DNA of 64,000 bases from Catajapyx aquilonaris (Eukaryota). The position numbers and the translations under genes were made by a program. Positions 50,401-64,000 of this stretch are shown in pieces; the first letter of the stretch is position 1, and every line of letters begins with the position of its first letter. The stretch spans positions 1 to 64,000 of the forward strand of contig KZ538027.1 in assembly GCA_000934665.2 (NCBI GenBank), given 5' to 3'. The notes under the pieces were generated by a model. That model did not search any database. It was given only the letters and a program-made list of their open reading frames with translations, and had not been told where the DNA came from.

Positions 50401-53400
50401 ATTCCAGTTTTGTTTGAAAGTAACAGGATCAGCTACTGATTGACTCATATCTATCCAAAAGAATTTAGCTATATAAGGCATCAGTGAAAATCAATATGAT
50501 CAACAAATTCTTAATGAGCTATAGATCTTGGTTTATTACAGGTTCTGACAGTGCGAGCCATTCCACGGAGCAATTGTCGGTTTAGCAGGCACTGAATGCC
50601 CAGCAGCTTGCCAAAAAAAACTTCTGTCGACATCCACAGAGTTTGCGGGCCTTGATTTGTTCCGTGACTTCACAGAGTTTGTCCCAATAGCCCCAAGCCC
50701 CAGAAGTCAGGCGAGGTACTACTACCCTCCCACTTTTTTTTCTCTCCACGAGACGTGCCCTCTTCTATCGCATATAAAATGGCCCATGCTGTACCGAGAC
50801 TTTAATGACAGTGGCTCCCGGGGTCGGGACTTAAACGAACGAAAAAGGAACCGCAAACTGGTCCGAATCACGAACACACAAGTAGCGTGACCAGAGTCGC
50901 TCACGTCTCCAACCGCAAAAAAGGGGTGTACCATCCAGTAGCAAAGAATGAAAAAAAAAAAAGGAGAACACACACACATGCTGGGCACAAGTCCCAAGAG
51001 GCCTATCAACCGGCAGTGTCATATAGCAACCGGTGCTGGGGCATTAGCATTTTGGTAGCCAGCCAACCGATGCCTTGCTACCCTGCAGCAGGTCATTTCA
51101 CTTGCATAGGTGCCTCATAAGACCGCAGTACCTAAATACAGCCACCATGCACTTTTGTTTTGGCATTGCGGACTGGTGACTCAGGACTCAGGCAGCTGCT
51201 TGGTCGATGTCTCCTTTGGCTCTTCCTGAAACATTTGCACAAACTCGCTGATCGTATATAACCCAGCAGCACGATATGTTTTTGGTCCGGATGTGACAAA
51301 ATATTCGAAATTAAATTCGTGCCTAATTTTTGCGACAGACTTTTGGCGCCTCTGTCAGTACATTTTATTGCAATCGGATGATTCGCATGTTACGTCACAA
51401 TTTCGCGAGTGATAGATTGGGACTTTTGTTGCTCCCTGTCGAGTGACCAACAGAGCATGTTTTCGCTGCGGTTCACTTGCAGGGACCTCAAAAATAGAAA
51501 TCGGGGATTAACGTCATCTAGTCCAGGGCAAAGATTACCCCTATCCTTACCAAGTGACCCGATAAGTCACGTGCTGTTTTTCCCTTCATTCAAACGATTC
51601 GAAAACGGGGTCCGCAAAAAAAAAGAAAAAAAGTGATCAGTTGTAAAGGTCTGCAAATAGTGCTGCTTGAGACTATATATAGATGTAACTGGCGCCGGCG
51701 TTATGCCCGTTGTGTTGGTACGACTGACCTTTTTGCAAAAGAAAAAGGTGATCGATTAAAAGGACTTTTGCGTCATTACGAAGCCCTGACCTTTTTTTTG
51801 TTTTTCATTGGTTTAGGATGAGGAGGAGGGGGGGATGCAGATTATGTTGTAAGACGCACCCCAGTTGCAAATATTTGGACGGAAGTGACAGGCACGCGAG
51901 GCCATTGGACACTTATAGACGACACAGGGTGGCATAAAAACACCTCAGCAAATTTTTAAACACTGTGTATGGCACTGCCCAAAGTACACAGTCCAGAAAT
52001 TAAAATAATTACAGCCATGCTTTGTACTGAGCAATATTCGCGAAATACCGTCTATAGTTGCCTACAACACTATACACACTGTCCTGGGCACGTACGAATT
52101 CCAATCAGAAGATAACATATTCACAGTCACATGAACAAGGTCATTGGCATATCGCGAATACTTTACCGAATTTTTTTTTGGCTGAAGGGACACTTGCGTA
52201 AACAGACATATTTCCTGCTATCTGCTCGATTTATATCCGACGAACGCACTATAATTGCAATTGATCCGTATAGTAATTATTGCGGAGTATATACACCCGG
52301 GTTGCTATCTTTGTATCCTGAAAGGGAGCCATGGTTCACCTTTCTGTACCCCACGAAGAGAGAAAAAAGCTGGCAAACATGCTAAGAGCACAGTGATCCC
52401 GAAGCAAAAACCGATTCACAAACTCAAGGTAAATAAATAAACGCCGTGCAATTCTTCGTGCTCGGGACTAAAGCATAAAAAGTGCAAAAAAAAAAATACC
52501 TCGCTAAAATCCATTAAAACCCGCGATGGTCTTTCATCCGACATGCAAATACTGTTAGCACACGGTATATAACCCGAAGTAATGCGATTTTGCACTGCTT
52601 ATTTTGTTTCGCGTCCATCCGGTACAACTGGGTTAACAGGCAATTAAAATTCTTTTTTGAAATGTACTGTGTGGTCCCGCCCCCCCGACACAAATAGATC
52701 GGCGAATTTGCACGTTTTTAGCACTTGGGTCTTGGCATTGACATTTCTTCAGTACGACCTCGGTGAAGTAAATGCACTCCCGTTTTGCATGTAAGCAACT
52801 TTTAGGAGTTTGGAACCTTAAGGCCGTTGGTTGTTTACGCCAATATCGCAAGAAAACAAACGAGGTGGCTGCCAAATATTTAAATCTAAAGTGTGGTTTA
52901 GGGGCGTCCCTCCTGGCACAGTAATCTTCTTAGGATCTCAGTGATGCTGCTGTTGATTGACAACCACCGTGCCAAATCCGGCTGCTCAAAATCTCTTTCC
53001 CATTGCATAATCGCCCCCCCCCCCCCCTTCATTTGCGTTGATACACTTAACCGGGTCTAAGCCGGCATCGTGCATGTGTAATTGATCATGTGTCCTTTTT
53101 TACGCCGATTTATCCGCGTACGGTTCAACGAACTATAGGAGAAAATTCTGGTGGCTTAAATGTCCCGCAAAGTGTGACACATTGGACCAAGCAGAAAGGG
53201 GTCGCAACTCGAGGACAAGATACACACACTGGAACGACGTGTCAGGTAATGAACAGATCGGGGTTCAGAAATAAAACTCTTGGAAGATTGAAGACACTCA
53301 CCTCTTCCACCGGGATGAATTCACTGGGACCGGCGTGAATGGACCGAGGTATTTTCACACTTCGGTCCTGGAACGAGAAAGAAAGAAAGAAAAAAAAAAC

Positions 53401-56400
53401 ATGGTATTTAGACAAGGTCGCAGCAAGTAGTACCAAGCAACAAGTGCCCCCCTCATAAATGATTAGGCATGCTCTCATGCTGAGGGGAAACTTAATTGCG
53501 GTTTCAGCGAAATCAACAACATATTTCGCCCTTAATGAGAATTCACACAGGAATCAACAGCCGTTGCTAATATTCAAGGAGAACTGGTCACACTTTCTGC
53601 TCAGCCTATTTTTACGGATTACGGGGCTAATAATTGTTGAGGCTGGTCATTGTCATGGAAGGCTTTACGAGGAATTTGTGCTAATATTCTAACATCATGC
53701 GTTGCCACAAAGCAAAAAGTGTTTGAATATTCCCTAGATGATCCTCATAAAACCTTTCTTCCCTCCATATAATGAAGTGGAAATAATCGATCACCCTCGC
53801 CCATCTCAAGTCATACACAATACATATTAGCTATTAAGTGTATGACCCCAAAAAATCACTCCCGATTAGGCGAGACAGCTGCTAAAAAAGGGATGTATCT
53901 TTCGACGACATCTGTTTACACACACACACACCGCCTTTTCCCCTCTATCATCAGACTCTCAGACATGAAAACAAACACGTGATAACTGATTATTCCTGAG
54001 TAAGGCCACCTGAAGCATTCTAGAGAGGCCACAGAAGAGTTCAAACTTTTTTTTTTCAAGCAGACCCATTCAACCCCCTTTGAGTATATAAACTCGGCCC
54101 TCATTTCAATTCGCATTATGCTCTTCATTGAATGAGAGTCACCACGCAAGGGCATCTGGTGACCTTAATCTCCTTTGGCATGCAGTTTTGACATTTCGCT
54201 GCATCCAGACAAATTTTTTTCTCTCTCTCTTTCCAACCGGCTATTCTTAGCACACAAACGAGCCCTTTGTTGCCCCGTGACAAATGTCGACAGTGTGTGT
54301 ATATAGAGAAGCCATTTTTTGCTGGTATCGTGACTGCACTGCTGTGCGTGGACCTTCCCATCCAGGCTAAATGTTAACGAACCTTTTAGTAAGTCAAGGT
54401 AATTCTAGGTCGCTGATTACCACCAAGCTAAGAAACGCTATTTGAGTCTCGGGCCCAGGTTCAACCCATCAGTTATTTTGGATCAGGTCCAGGTGGAAGG
54501 ATGCAAGTTCACGCAGGGAAAAACTGACAAAAAAAAAAGCATTTTATCTAAATGTTTATCGTGATTGGCCAGAATGTACTCAACGCGCCGGAATAGATTC
54601 AATGCCACCATGTATTTATGCCACACGTCTTCCATGGTCACAATCGCCGAAAAGGTGCATATCGCGCCAATTCACCAATCAGCGATTGATGAGCTAAACC
54701 TATAGATGTCTTTAACTAATCAGCAGCTAGGAGAATGGTGATTGGTTAGCAAAATGTGCTCTTTAGCCAATCAGCGATCACATCATGTGATTGGTGGGAA
54801 AGCTGTCTTGAATCAATCAGCATTCACATATGTCTCCAGAAGCACGCTGATTGGTTGACAATGTTTTTACCGAGGTTTTTACCCTTTATCCTCGAAGGTA
54901 TGCATGACTGTATGTCACCATTTTTGCTCGAGCACACACTTGAAAAACAAATCACACCTGTCTCCTCCGATAACAATCATCATTGCTGCGGGAGGGTTGA
55001 ACAACATCCTCTGAAATATTGGCGCCAACTTTTCGATCAGCTGTGTTGACATGCCACGTGCTTCTCTGTTTGTTGCAATGGTTCACATATATAAACCCAA
55101 ACGTACCTGGGTGGCAATGTCTCCGATCTTGTCATCGTGCATTTTGAGTGACGCACTGTGTTCCGGGTACCGAGTGATGGCAGCGTACCATGGAGGCTGC
55201 ACCCTCGCCGTCGGCCGAATAAACCCGACCCCAAAAATCACCCCGGCAAACCCTCAACTTCTGGCAGGAGGCCATCTTTGCGCGCCAACCAACCTCAAGA
55301 GCACACCGGGGGCAAGAAGAGCTACATGTGGCAAAAAGGATCAGAAGGGGGGTGCGGGGATAGAGCTAGCTAACAATAAGCAGTGCCAACGCGGGTCCAA
55401 AACACTGGAGACTGCCAAACTTCCAGGGTTAATTTTACCAACCCGCTCAAACCGCGCAGAAGAAGATGGGTCCATCTCGCATCAAACCTTCGCACCTCCA
55501 AGGACAACTTCCTCAGCAGTAATGTTGGTGAGAGAGAGAGAGAGCTCGTTCAATTTCAAATTGTAATGAGGGATTTACATTCTAGCTCCAATTAATTAAT
55601 CAGAATGATTAGGGCAGCCCACATATAGCTCGGTTGGTTACATCAGTCCTAGGTCGTTCCGTAATTGAACGAGCTCGGGGCTAAGTACTGCTCATATTTA
55701 GAATTTCATACATTGCGAGCATAATCTGCGCATGGTGGCAGTGATTCTGGGATCTGAACGGAATGAGGCGCAGGTAATTAATAACGTTGTAACTGCCACT
55801 GAATATTTTACGTATATATCTGAAGCTAATTAGCATTTCGTGACAATCATGAATAGATAATTATTATAAAGTTGGTGTAACATGTACACATAAGTCCATT
55901 GTAATTTTCACGCGAAAGTCCAGCATTATGACACACACGTAAATGTGCTGTACAGTACATCAGCAAATAGTTCGTCTCCATGTGAAACCAAGCAAACAAA
56001 CAATAAATCCTGTCAGTTTAAATCTTTTTTTTCCCATGCATTACAGTATGCGTGATTGAAGACTCACCTTTTTTTTTATGAGAAACTGTTACGATAATTT
56101 ATTCTCTTGGAGGGGAAAACCTGCTATATACTGTAACATGCAGCTTCTCAGTTCCTTTTGTTGGAGGAAATTAAAGTGGCACAAAGCAAATATTGTTTGT
56201 CTTGGATACGAGCACAGCCAGGCCCATTATCAGACCAATATATCATTTCATCATTTGTTGCCCAGGCACAAAACAGCTACCATTTCTAAAGCAACCTTGC
56301 AATTTCAATATTTACTCTCATTAATCGTAAGCCCATGTAATTAGAATCCTGCCGTTTCTAATGTCGCATTTAAATTCAAACCGGAATTAAATTATACGCA

Positions 56401-59400
56401 TCTTTGTCACCACACTTGTCCCATCATTAATTCTGTCTCTACCAACTTATTCCTATAGCACTGTGCTGTTATTTCGGTCCAGCAGCCTTCGAGCCATTAA
56501 ATCCCGAATCGAATCAATTATTACAATGTCTGTCCCCTCTTGGGTGTTACACTGCACCGCAGCACTGCACGTTGTGGTCTGGCTCTGTGTGCAAGCAATA
56601 CCATACGTATGCGGTGGAGAGTCAACAATGTTGTTTTATCCTGATCGTTCAGAGCTACACCCAAGCCTCCCATGCTCCCAGGAGGAGCCTATCCTACAGG
56701 ATGAAAAAAAAAAAAAGGCTGGACGTGATTGGAATCGTGACAAACACTGTACTTTGTGATTCAATGTGTATATATAGTAGGTCCTCTCCTGAGGATTTTG
56801 AAAACGTTTTGTGGTCTGTTCCGGGGCATTTCCCAGATGTGAATATACCTCACGGAAAACACGGCATTTTGGAAGCGTCAACCTGGATTTTCCGTGTCGT
56901 ACATGTTCCATGAAGTTGAGTAATTTCCCCCTGCCCCTTTGTCTAGTTTTCCCAGCGCAAGAACAACTGTAAAGGCAACAATGTATACTATCCAGAAACG
57001 ACCCGGACATCTATGAACGTCACTTTAACTATTATGACCTTCAGAGAAATTAAGCCTTATTCGACACAAATGACGTCTGGGCCATGTGTGTGCGGGACAT
57101 ACCAGATATGTCCAGCTTTTGCTTGGACCCTCACCCTTTCCAGATGAACCAAAATGACGAAAAGGGCAGCCAATCAATACCATTTTTTAATATTGATCTT
57201 AATTAACTTTTTTTTCTTCCTCTTGATTAGACACTCCCACGTGACTTGTTTTTCCAAGCCGTCAACAACAAGCATCATATACGTAAGGACTGGTGGGCGC
57301 GACTACTTTAAGCAAATATGACTCGTCTTGTTCTTAAGCAAGATTGATTTATATACGTGCCTTGTATATATGCATACACATATACTGGTGGGGTGTGTGT
57401 GTATAAATAGCACAGCTCTTGACTACATAACTGATAGCAGATCTGAAGGATGGAGAAGCTAGAAGCATGTGGTTTATAGTCCTATCACCTTAGTAGCAAG
57501 AGAGGCCTATTTACGATTTGTCACAAGGACGACTTGTTTGCTGTTGTTTACCGGTGTATTTAGTCCCTCTGAGAGACAACAAAGTGATTATCTCAGGATT
57601 CGACGTTTGACTGATAAGCGCATCTAAATAAATAAAAATATGTAGTCGCAATACTACCTTCACAAATCTATACAGGGTGTCACACCACCGAATATTGTGG
57701 AGATAACTTCTGGAGTGGTGACTGATATCAGTTTGATGAGTAGTGGCAGGTGACATCCCAACAGGCCCCTCTCTCTCACTTTGCTGGGGGTCACACACAA
57801 GTGCACTATTGTTGCAGCGTTAATCAGAACATGCGCTTGTCATCTTTTTTTATCATCAGGTCACACATATGGGCGGGTTTATTTTTAGATCTCATGGTTG
57901 AGAGATACAGTGTTATAATCAAATCAAGTCCTTCAAAAGTGGAGCAGCATAAAATCGATGCACAATTTCGCCTCGAGGATGGTATGCAGACTAACACATA
58001 ATATTGCTATTGATTTGCTCTCCATCCCTCTGCCGGATGGGAAAGAGATGGGCAGAGGAATATTTCATTGTTGGGGCCGCATCCATCCGTCACGGGCCAG
58101 GAAAAGTCCTCTGCAGTAATTAGATGCAAACGTGAATAAATGTTTGATAACTAGACAAACGGAAGATATCGTACTGCAAAAAAAAAGAGCAACTTTTTGC
58201 TGTTTGCTCCAACAAGGCCACAAAGCCCATGAGATTGCGGGTCACATAAGATGGCCTTCCACTAATCAGCGCTACATTTCCTGTTTTCTGCATCCGTAGC
58301 TAGCGCCCAGGTCAAAGACCCCCAGGGATTCTATAAAAACCTAGAGCATGCTTATTTATTCAGCAATGTGCATACCCACCACAGTGCGACCAGAAAATGT
58401 GACAACTCTTTTTCTGGGTAACTAACAAGCTAACAAAAGGGATCAGAAATAACATGCCAATAACAGGCTAAATCAATGCGATGTTTTTTTAATGCTCTAT
58501 TGAACTCTCCAACCCCATGTATTTACTCGGTTTATTCTTAGCCTGCAGATGCTATTGGACTCTGGATAATGATAACAGATGCATTCTGGCTTCAGAAACT
58601 TGCTGTAACACCCATCTGAGGCAGCACCAGCTTACACTACTTCTTTTTAAAGGTGTCCTCTCCAAATGTACAGCGTGACAGTAGACAAGCAATATATTCA
58701 TTCACTGTAACAGTATTTAATTACTGTATACATGTCACCATTTCCATGGTCATACTCTACTTCAAGTAATCTACCAATTCATTATCTCACTAATGACAGG
58801 TCCAGCACCTGAATGCAAGTACTTCAATTACACATACGAGCAAAAAAATTACATCAAACAGGAATGTGAAGTTGATAACAATATTTCCCATGAGAAGTCA
58901 TAGGGTACCTCCTTTTAAATACTTGACTTTTGTAATGGAGTTACGATGTGTTCTGAGAGTAAATAAATTCCTGTCAATTCTGTCGCCTACCTGAGCTATG
59001 AAAAACGGCCACAAGATACAACGCAGCATGCCAGACGTGTCTCCAACACACCCCGACTTTCCAGTGTTTACGCTGTGTATGTACTGTCATCAATAGCGAA
59101 AGGAAGCGAGTGACAACAGATTTACATGTGCTCCTACTTATCTCCTAAAGCAGGTCAGAGGAACCTATATGCTATAATGACCAGTTCTCCATGACGAATA
59201 TAACTATTACTACCGCACATTAATTACCACTAATGCCATCAGCATTTTTAGAAATTGCTAATCTGTGCAAAATAATAAGTCCATCCAAGTTGCATGAATT
59301 GATATTCGGAAGAATTTGTTCAGTTATTTAATCACAACAATTACTCAATGATCCTTACCTTGACCAGCTTGAGTATGTGTGTGCACCTCTCCCTGACATC

Positions 59401-59688
59401 TGGAAAGGGGCAGTCGACGGAGAGCCTGAGCAGGGTCGGTAGGTACACCTTGACCTGTGCTCCATTGTCACATGGGGGCACCCCACTGCCCCCGTCGCTA
59501 ATGAACAGTCCACCATGGTTCCTTCTCGGGCTACCGTAACCATTGAGCCAGCCAAGCACGCTCTTCTCCATGGCTTGCAGGGCTTGATTTCTTTCCTGCG
59601 GGCTTCGGGAGCACACAGGGAGGGAGAAGCGCCACACCTGCTCCCAGTGGCTGATCTCCTGCTCTTCTTCCAGGCCGCTGTGGATCAT
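21191..59688 (-). CDS. SESN: Sestrin, long isoform (569 aa from ATG 59688)
   Basis: Minus-strand exons 59688-59359, 53367-53302, 46354-46325, 26426-26256, 23515-23330, 23130-22929, 22539-22401, 21907-21554, 21493-21349, 21277-21191, with consistent phases. Motifs [64 protein letters not shown] and [32 protein letters not shown]. Confidence 0.95.
28450..28770. repeat. Degenerate tandem duplication (about 170-bp unit, 2 copies), intronic
   Basis: cc(a/g)gacaaaggcatt...ctttgacaat(t/c)gaat...ccag(c/t)gtgt...ataagcac occurs twice. Confidence 0.75.
29593..30016. repeat. Degenerate tandem duplication (2 copies), intronic
   Basis: gcgttcg...tggaaagagttacgaataa...atgcaaaacagtt...gacaacaatga...gtgccaaaaat...agtgccta occurs at about 29593-29841 and 29848-30016. 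Confidence 0.75.
46325..46354 (-). CDS. SESN: Sestrin 30-nt microexon [10 protein letters not shown]
   Basis: ccatttcag|...|gtaggt, phase 0/0. It fills the roughly 10-aa gap expected between FIPVEE and THVLF. Confidence 0.8.
53302..53367 (-). CDS. SESN: Sestrin exon [22 protein letters not shown]
   Basis: Strong polypyrimidine acceptor and gtgagt donor; conserved IPR...GPS.FIP motif. Confidence 0.92.
59359..59688 (-). CDS. SESN: Sestrin N-terminal exon (SESN1-long/PA26-T1 type)
   Basis: Motifs W....CSR...R..AL and [25 protein letters not shown] resemble the human SESN1 long N-terminus. Acceptor at 59738/59737; donor gtaagg. Confidence 0.88.
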
Positions 59689-60980
59689 TTTTGATGACTG
59701 TAGACAATCACGATGTTTGGAAGAACAGAGGGTGGTGCTGGAAAAAAAGAGGAGAATCTAATATGATCAACAGTATTCCGATCAGAGGAAAAACAGATAG
59801 ATAGCAATCAAAATTCTGCAGCATATCAACACACTGATGATGGCACCAACCAGGATTCTGATTAATGATCCGTCTCCTATGAATATCCCATTGTTTCGAT
59901 CAATCACGATTTTTCTGAATCATAGGAATATTTAGCGTATTACGATTACCAGAAGTATTATCTGCTAATATTCTTCCAACCAGAATCATCTATCCCAGCA
60001 CTCAAGTGCAATGAATTTCCAATTGGACCTGTTGGAACTATTGGCATAAAATGTCAATAGTTCAACCCATTTTTTTTTTTGCAGGCCAGATCCTTTTGCA
60101 GGGATTTAAATGAATGGGTCAATGGCTAATTCCAACAGACAATACTTTTGAAAACCAGAGTAACTATTACAAATTAACTGCTTCAGAATCTCTCTAGCGA
60201 TACTGGCCAGCTATCAAAAAAAGGTATTTAAATAATTAAATGCTCACTGAACTGTCATCAATGCCAGTTAGCACATTTAGTGCCCCGTAAACACAACTAA
60301 AACAGCCACAAACCTCAATCGCTCACTGCAAACTCCCAGCACAAATCGGTGCCCGTCCCTTACCTGCCTCACATATAAAATCACATTATGAAAAAGGAAA
60401 AAAACATTGATAGTAACTGGCAAATCGCCCTAATCAGATATCTTATCCCAGCTTATTGACCTGCTTGTGTAATTAAAAAGCACAACTCGTCAACACCTAG
60501 AATGATCTGTACATACACTTTTTGATTCGGGAACAACAGTCCTGGTGGCTGTACAGAGTTGACCTTACCTGTAATTACTTTTAAGAACAAAAATATTTTG
60601 TTCGAATCTTGTTAATAATTAATCCCCCCCACCTTTTTCAGTGTTTAATTGTGCAGCCAGCCAGCCAGCCCCGTCGTCTCCCTGCCTGCTTGCTGCTGGT
60701 GCTGCCAAACGATTATCCAAGGTTGCAGCACACAGGGGGACAAAAAAAAGGAACAAGAGAGAAGAGTGTTGCACATACACACACACTCTCGGTACACACA
60801 CATACACACATAGAGAGAGGTGGGGTCCGCTTAGCAACAGCTGGGAAAGAGTTGGGCCATATCGACACCAGTAGAGCGCCACGTACCTGATACGGGGCGT
60901 GTAAATGCGCTCATGTCGGCACGACGCTGAACTAACTTGCACCATTAGAAAGCAGAATTAGAATTACTCTACGATCCTCT

Positions 60981-61017
60981 CGGAAGTGACGTACACCCGG
61001 ACTCCAATTTGACGTCA
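60981..61017. promoter_or_regulatory. Probable distal sestrin / bidirectional promoter: ETS-CRE composite (CGGAAGTGACGT) plus palindromic CRE (TGACGTCA)
   Basis: The motifs lie between a minus-strand donor (60886, gtacgt) and a plus-strand donor (61372, gtaagt). Confidence 0.55.
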
Positions 61018-64000
61018 CATTATAGCAATTTTACTCATTCTTAATTAACGTCTAAAATCGGTTCCCTAATTACCCACCCACAATTTGACCCACTTTTGTC
61101 CAATATCCGGTTGTCAAATCTGCAACTTGACTCTGGCAGAATCGCAACTATTTCCGGTTTGCAACTTTTTTTTTCTTTCTTTTTTTCTTTTTCATTTGCA
61201 AATATTTTCTCTGCCAAACAAGACACTCGGGAAAGGTTTTGTCTCTTCAAAGTGTCTCTCTCTCTGGAGTGCTGCGACTAGTTCAGGTTCTTTTTTGGAA
61301 TAAAAAGAAATGGGGTTGTCGGAAAGGAGCTGGTGATGACGAGGAGGCCTCGACCAACTGAGGCCGAGGAAGTAAGTTTTTGACCTTCTAAAATGTTCTA
61401 TTCCATTTTTTTATATATAGGAAATGTCTGACAACTAAAGTACTATTTGGTACTCAGCCTCCCATTTGAAAAAGTACGTACACTGACATGTACGCTGCGT
61501 TTACTTGGCATTGCGCTTACTTTTACAGGGAATGTACAGGGTGTTTCACAAGTCCCTGCAAAGAGTTACCCTTTCTACCCAGAAACATTACGTTTGGCTT
61601 GCACTTTAACCGTCAATTATTGTTTCATATTGTACATTTTAAAGCGGGAGTTTGCCAAATAAGAACGTAGGCCGTACATTATGTGCGAACTGCAGGTAAA
61701 GAGAGGAACTTGTTGAATTTCATTGTCATATAATTCAGACTTATTAACATTAAAATTTGGTTTGCAGGTGAATTTGGAATGCTTTTGTTATGATTTTACG
61801 TGTAATCTATTATTATTATTATTATTGTAGAGCAGCGAAATAGGAGGGAATTGATACTCACTGATTATTTTTCAGCTTTGAAAGTGCGAATTACACAGAC
61901 ATAATTGCAGTCTGCTGTATCTTCTCATTGATTTGGCACTGCGCTTACTTTGTGGAATTGACCAAATACTAAAGGTCCAAGTACGTTGCAACATTTTGGG
62001 AGAAATTGGGCCATACATTTTTTTTAAAACATGTTTGTTTATTCTGATAACTGCTGTTCGGACTGAATTTCATGACATTTGGTTTGCAATGGTGTAAAGT
62101 CCATGTCGGTTTGCTGAGAGTGGATTTGTGTGCTAAGTAGTGAGTCAGGCAAATTGGATGTGCTTCTAATTTATGAAGCGGTAGCGCTTGTTATCACGTT
62201 TAGCCCATTTCAAGAAGCATTTTTGTAGGTACCTTGCCTTTAATTAAGCAGAAACTTTATTTGTTTCATGGTTGAGAACTTTGCCTGCATTTTTGGTATG
62301 TAACGAATATCTGTTAAGTACGGAAAGAACTGACAAACGTAATGAGCACTACATACTGCATTTAACTGTATTTTGAATTGTGTGGATGCAATGTATCGTA
62401 TTAATATCATTTAAATTACGCTAGCTCTATGCTGCATTGTTAGTGTTGCCACCTGCTAGACTGTCACTTGAAACGGAGCCTCGTAATCACGTTCACCTAT
62501 GTGGGAAGTGATTATCTTGTCCAACCATATTGCACAAGCAGATAATCCGAGTGCCACATGCTTCATTAGAGCCTTGAGAGTCTTTGAGTAATTAATTGGG
62601 TTCCCAGTTGCTGTGTTCACGAGAATTCACCTGTTGTGAGGGAGACAATGGAGAGGAAAGGGACCCACTATTTTTGTTAAAATTATGAGTTCTTGGCCAT
62701 GGTTTGCTTAACATTCTTGAGCTGGTGAGATGTGGTTTCAAAGCAGAAAACCCTTTCAGGTCAGTCGGAAGGTTATTTTAGCGCTCAATATTATTTGCAG
62801 TTGCTGGAAGGTCTGCGATTGGCAGACAAAATAGATCCTAGTGTTGATGGGTCATCAATTCCAAGGTTATCACCTGACTTGCGCCAGTTGTGCACATTAT
62901 GTTTCCACATTGTGAACACCTTTGTTGTGCAAGTTCCAGGTAGTGCACGTGAGATGCATCTATAATATTGCAAAAGTCTGTTGTGCCGCTTGTTGTAGCA
63001 CAAATTCATTATTTAGACTGTAACTTTGCTATTTTTAAGGAAGTTATTTAGCCAATTGACTTTTACAACTATGAGTAATATTATTTACTAGCGGAGTGCT
63101 CACATTATTATTATTGCTGGACAGATGGAGCTCTGCCTATCTTTTTACAACCGTTGTGTCACCCTGAAGGCATTTAGTACACTAGGTTTGTCATGTTTAT
63201 ATCATAATTTAAGTATGATGACATATTTAACACTGGCCATTAATTTTTTTAGAAGCGGCAGAGTAATAAAATATATCACATCGTAATAATTATGTGGTGG
63301 TGACATAATTGTTTTGTGTCCCTGCAACGGACGTGATTTCTGCAGATGACCTTACCGACTGTGCCCCTGAACGCCTGAAAATAAAAGCAGTGCTGTAACA
63401 ATGGTGGTTGAGTCTTAAAAAAGCACTGTTGTGTACACACACTCGAGATCAATGAGTAATGAATGACAGGGTGGTAAAAAAGGAGAAGGTATTCTTAGCT
63501 TCCCTTTGTTGAACGTGTGTCCAACAGTGAGTGGTACTTGCTACGCAAATACATTTCACTTACCTGGGTTCCAGTTGATGCAAAATGTTGTGGGGAGGAG
63601 GGTTGGGTGGGTGGGGGATGAATGACAGATTGAAAAGTTGTTATGAAGTTTCAAGATTGGCCTATTGCCTATTTGGACACACACCAATAACTCCCACAAG
63701 AAAAGCCAATTTCGTCAGTTTTGTTTCCTCCTCCTCCTTTTACGTAAAAATGATGGAATGCCGTGTAGATAAAGGGCCTCTGGCAGGATTTGTTGCGTCG
63801 TTGAGAAATTTTTGGGTGACGACAATGTTGGGATAGCATCACCAGTGTGGTCTCCGCATTCCCCGCACACACCCATACAGTGCGGTGCAAAATGCTTTCG
63901 GGGCATAGCTGAAAATTGACTCGACACTTTTAGCAGGCCCGAAGCTTTTAATGAGGCAGAAAATGTGGGTCACATGGCATAAGTACAGTTGACAGTTGTC

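Noticed and set aside
55051..55566. 171-aa plus-strand ORF
   Set aside because: No recognisable motif or exon structure; likely a chance ORF in a GC-richer intronic patch.
1..64000. CRISPR arrays, rRNA, tRNA or prokaryotic systems
   Set aside because: The DNA is intron-containing eukaryotic sequence; no regularly spaced repeat-spacer array or structural RNA signature was seen by eye.

Overview
Eukaryotic genomic DNA with short GT-AG introns, most likely from an arthropod and probably a hexapod (inferred from the OBP-like genes and the sestrin sequence). The ORF track is largely uninformative, so genes were spliced by hand. (1) 1-12.3 kb: a birth-and-death cluster of small secreted 8-cysteine odorant-binding-protein-like genes. 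Five copies are intact and two are broken; all intact copies share a six-exon structure and cysteine spacing. The cluster was built by direct and inverted duplications and carries LINE and DNA-transposon relics at its junctions. One paralog pair shows strongly accelerated non-synonymous change. (2) 12.5-16.3 kb: two tandem paralogs of an unrecognised secreted or type-I membrane protein (signal peptide, CxC...CxC domain, SEA-like domain). The second appears to have two alternative, mutually homologous transmembrane/Cys-rich tails. (3) 16.65-17.56 kb: CHMP2B, with a hairpin in its 3' UTR. (4) 21.2-61 kb, minus strand: a large sestrin gene with a SESN1-long-type N-terminal exon, a 30-nt microexon and several candidate alternative first exons. 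A probable divergent promoter lies at about 61 kb. No rRNA, tRNA or CRISPR array was seen. All family assignments come from motif recognition, not database searches.
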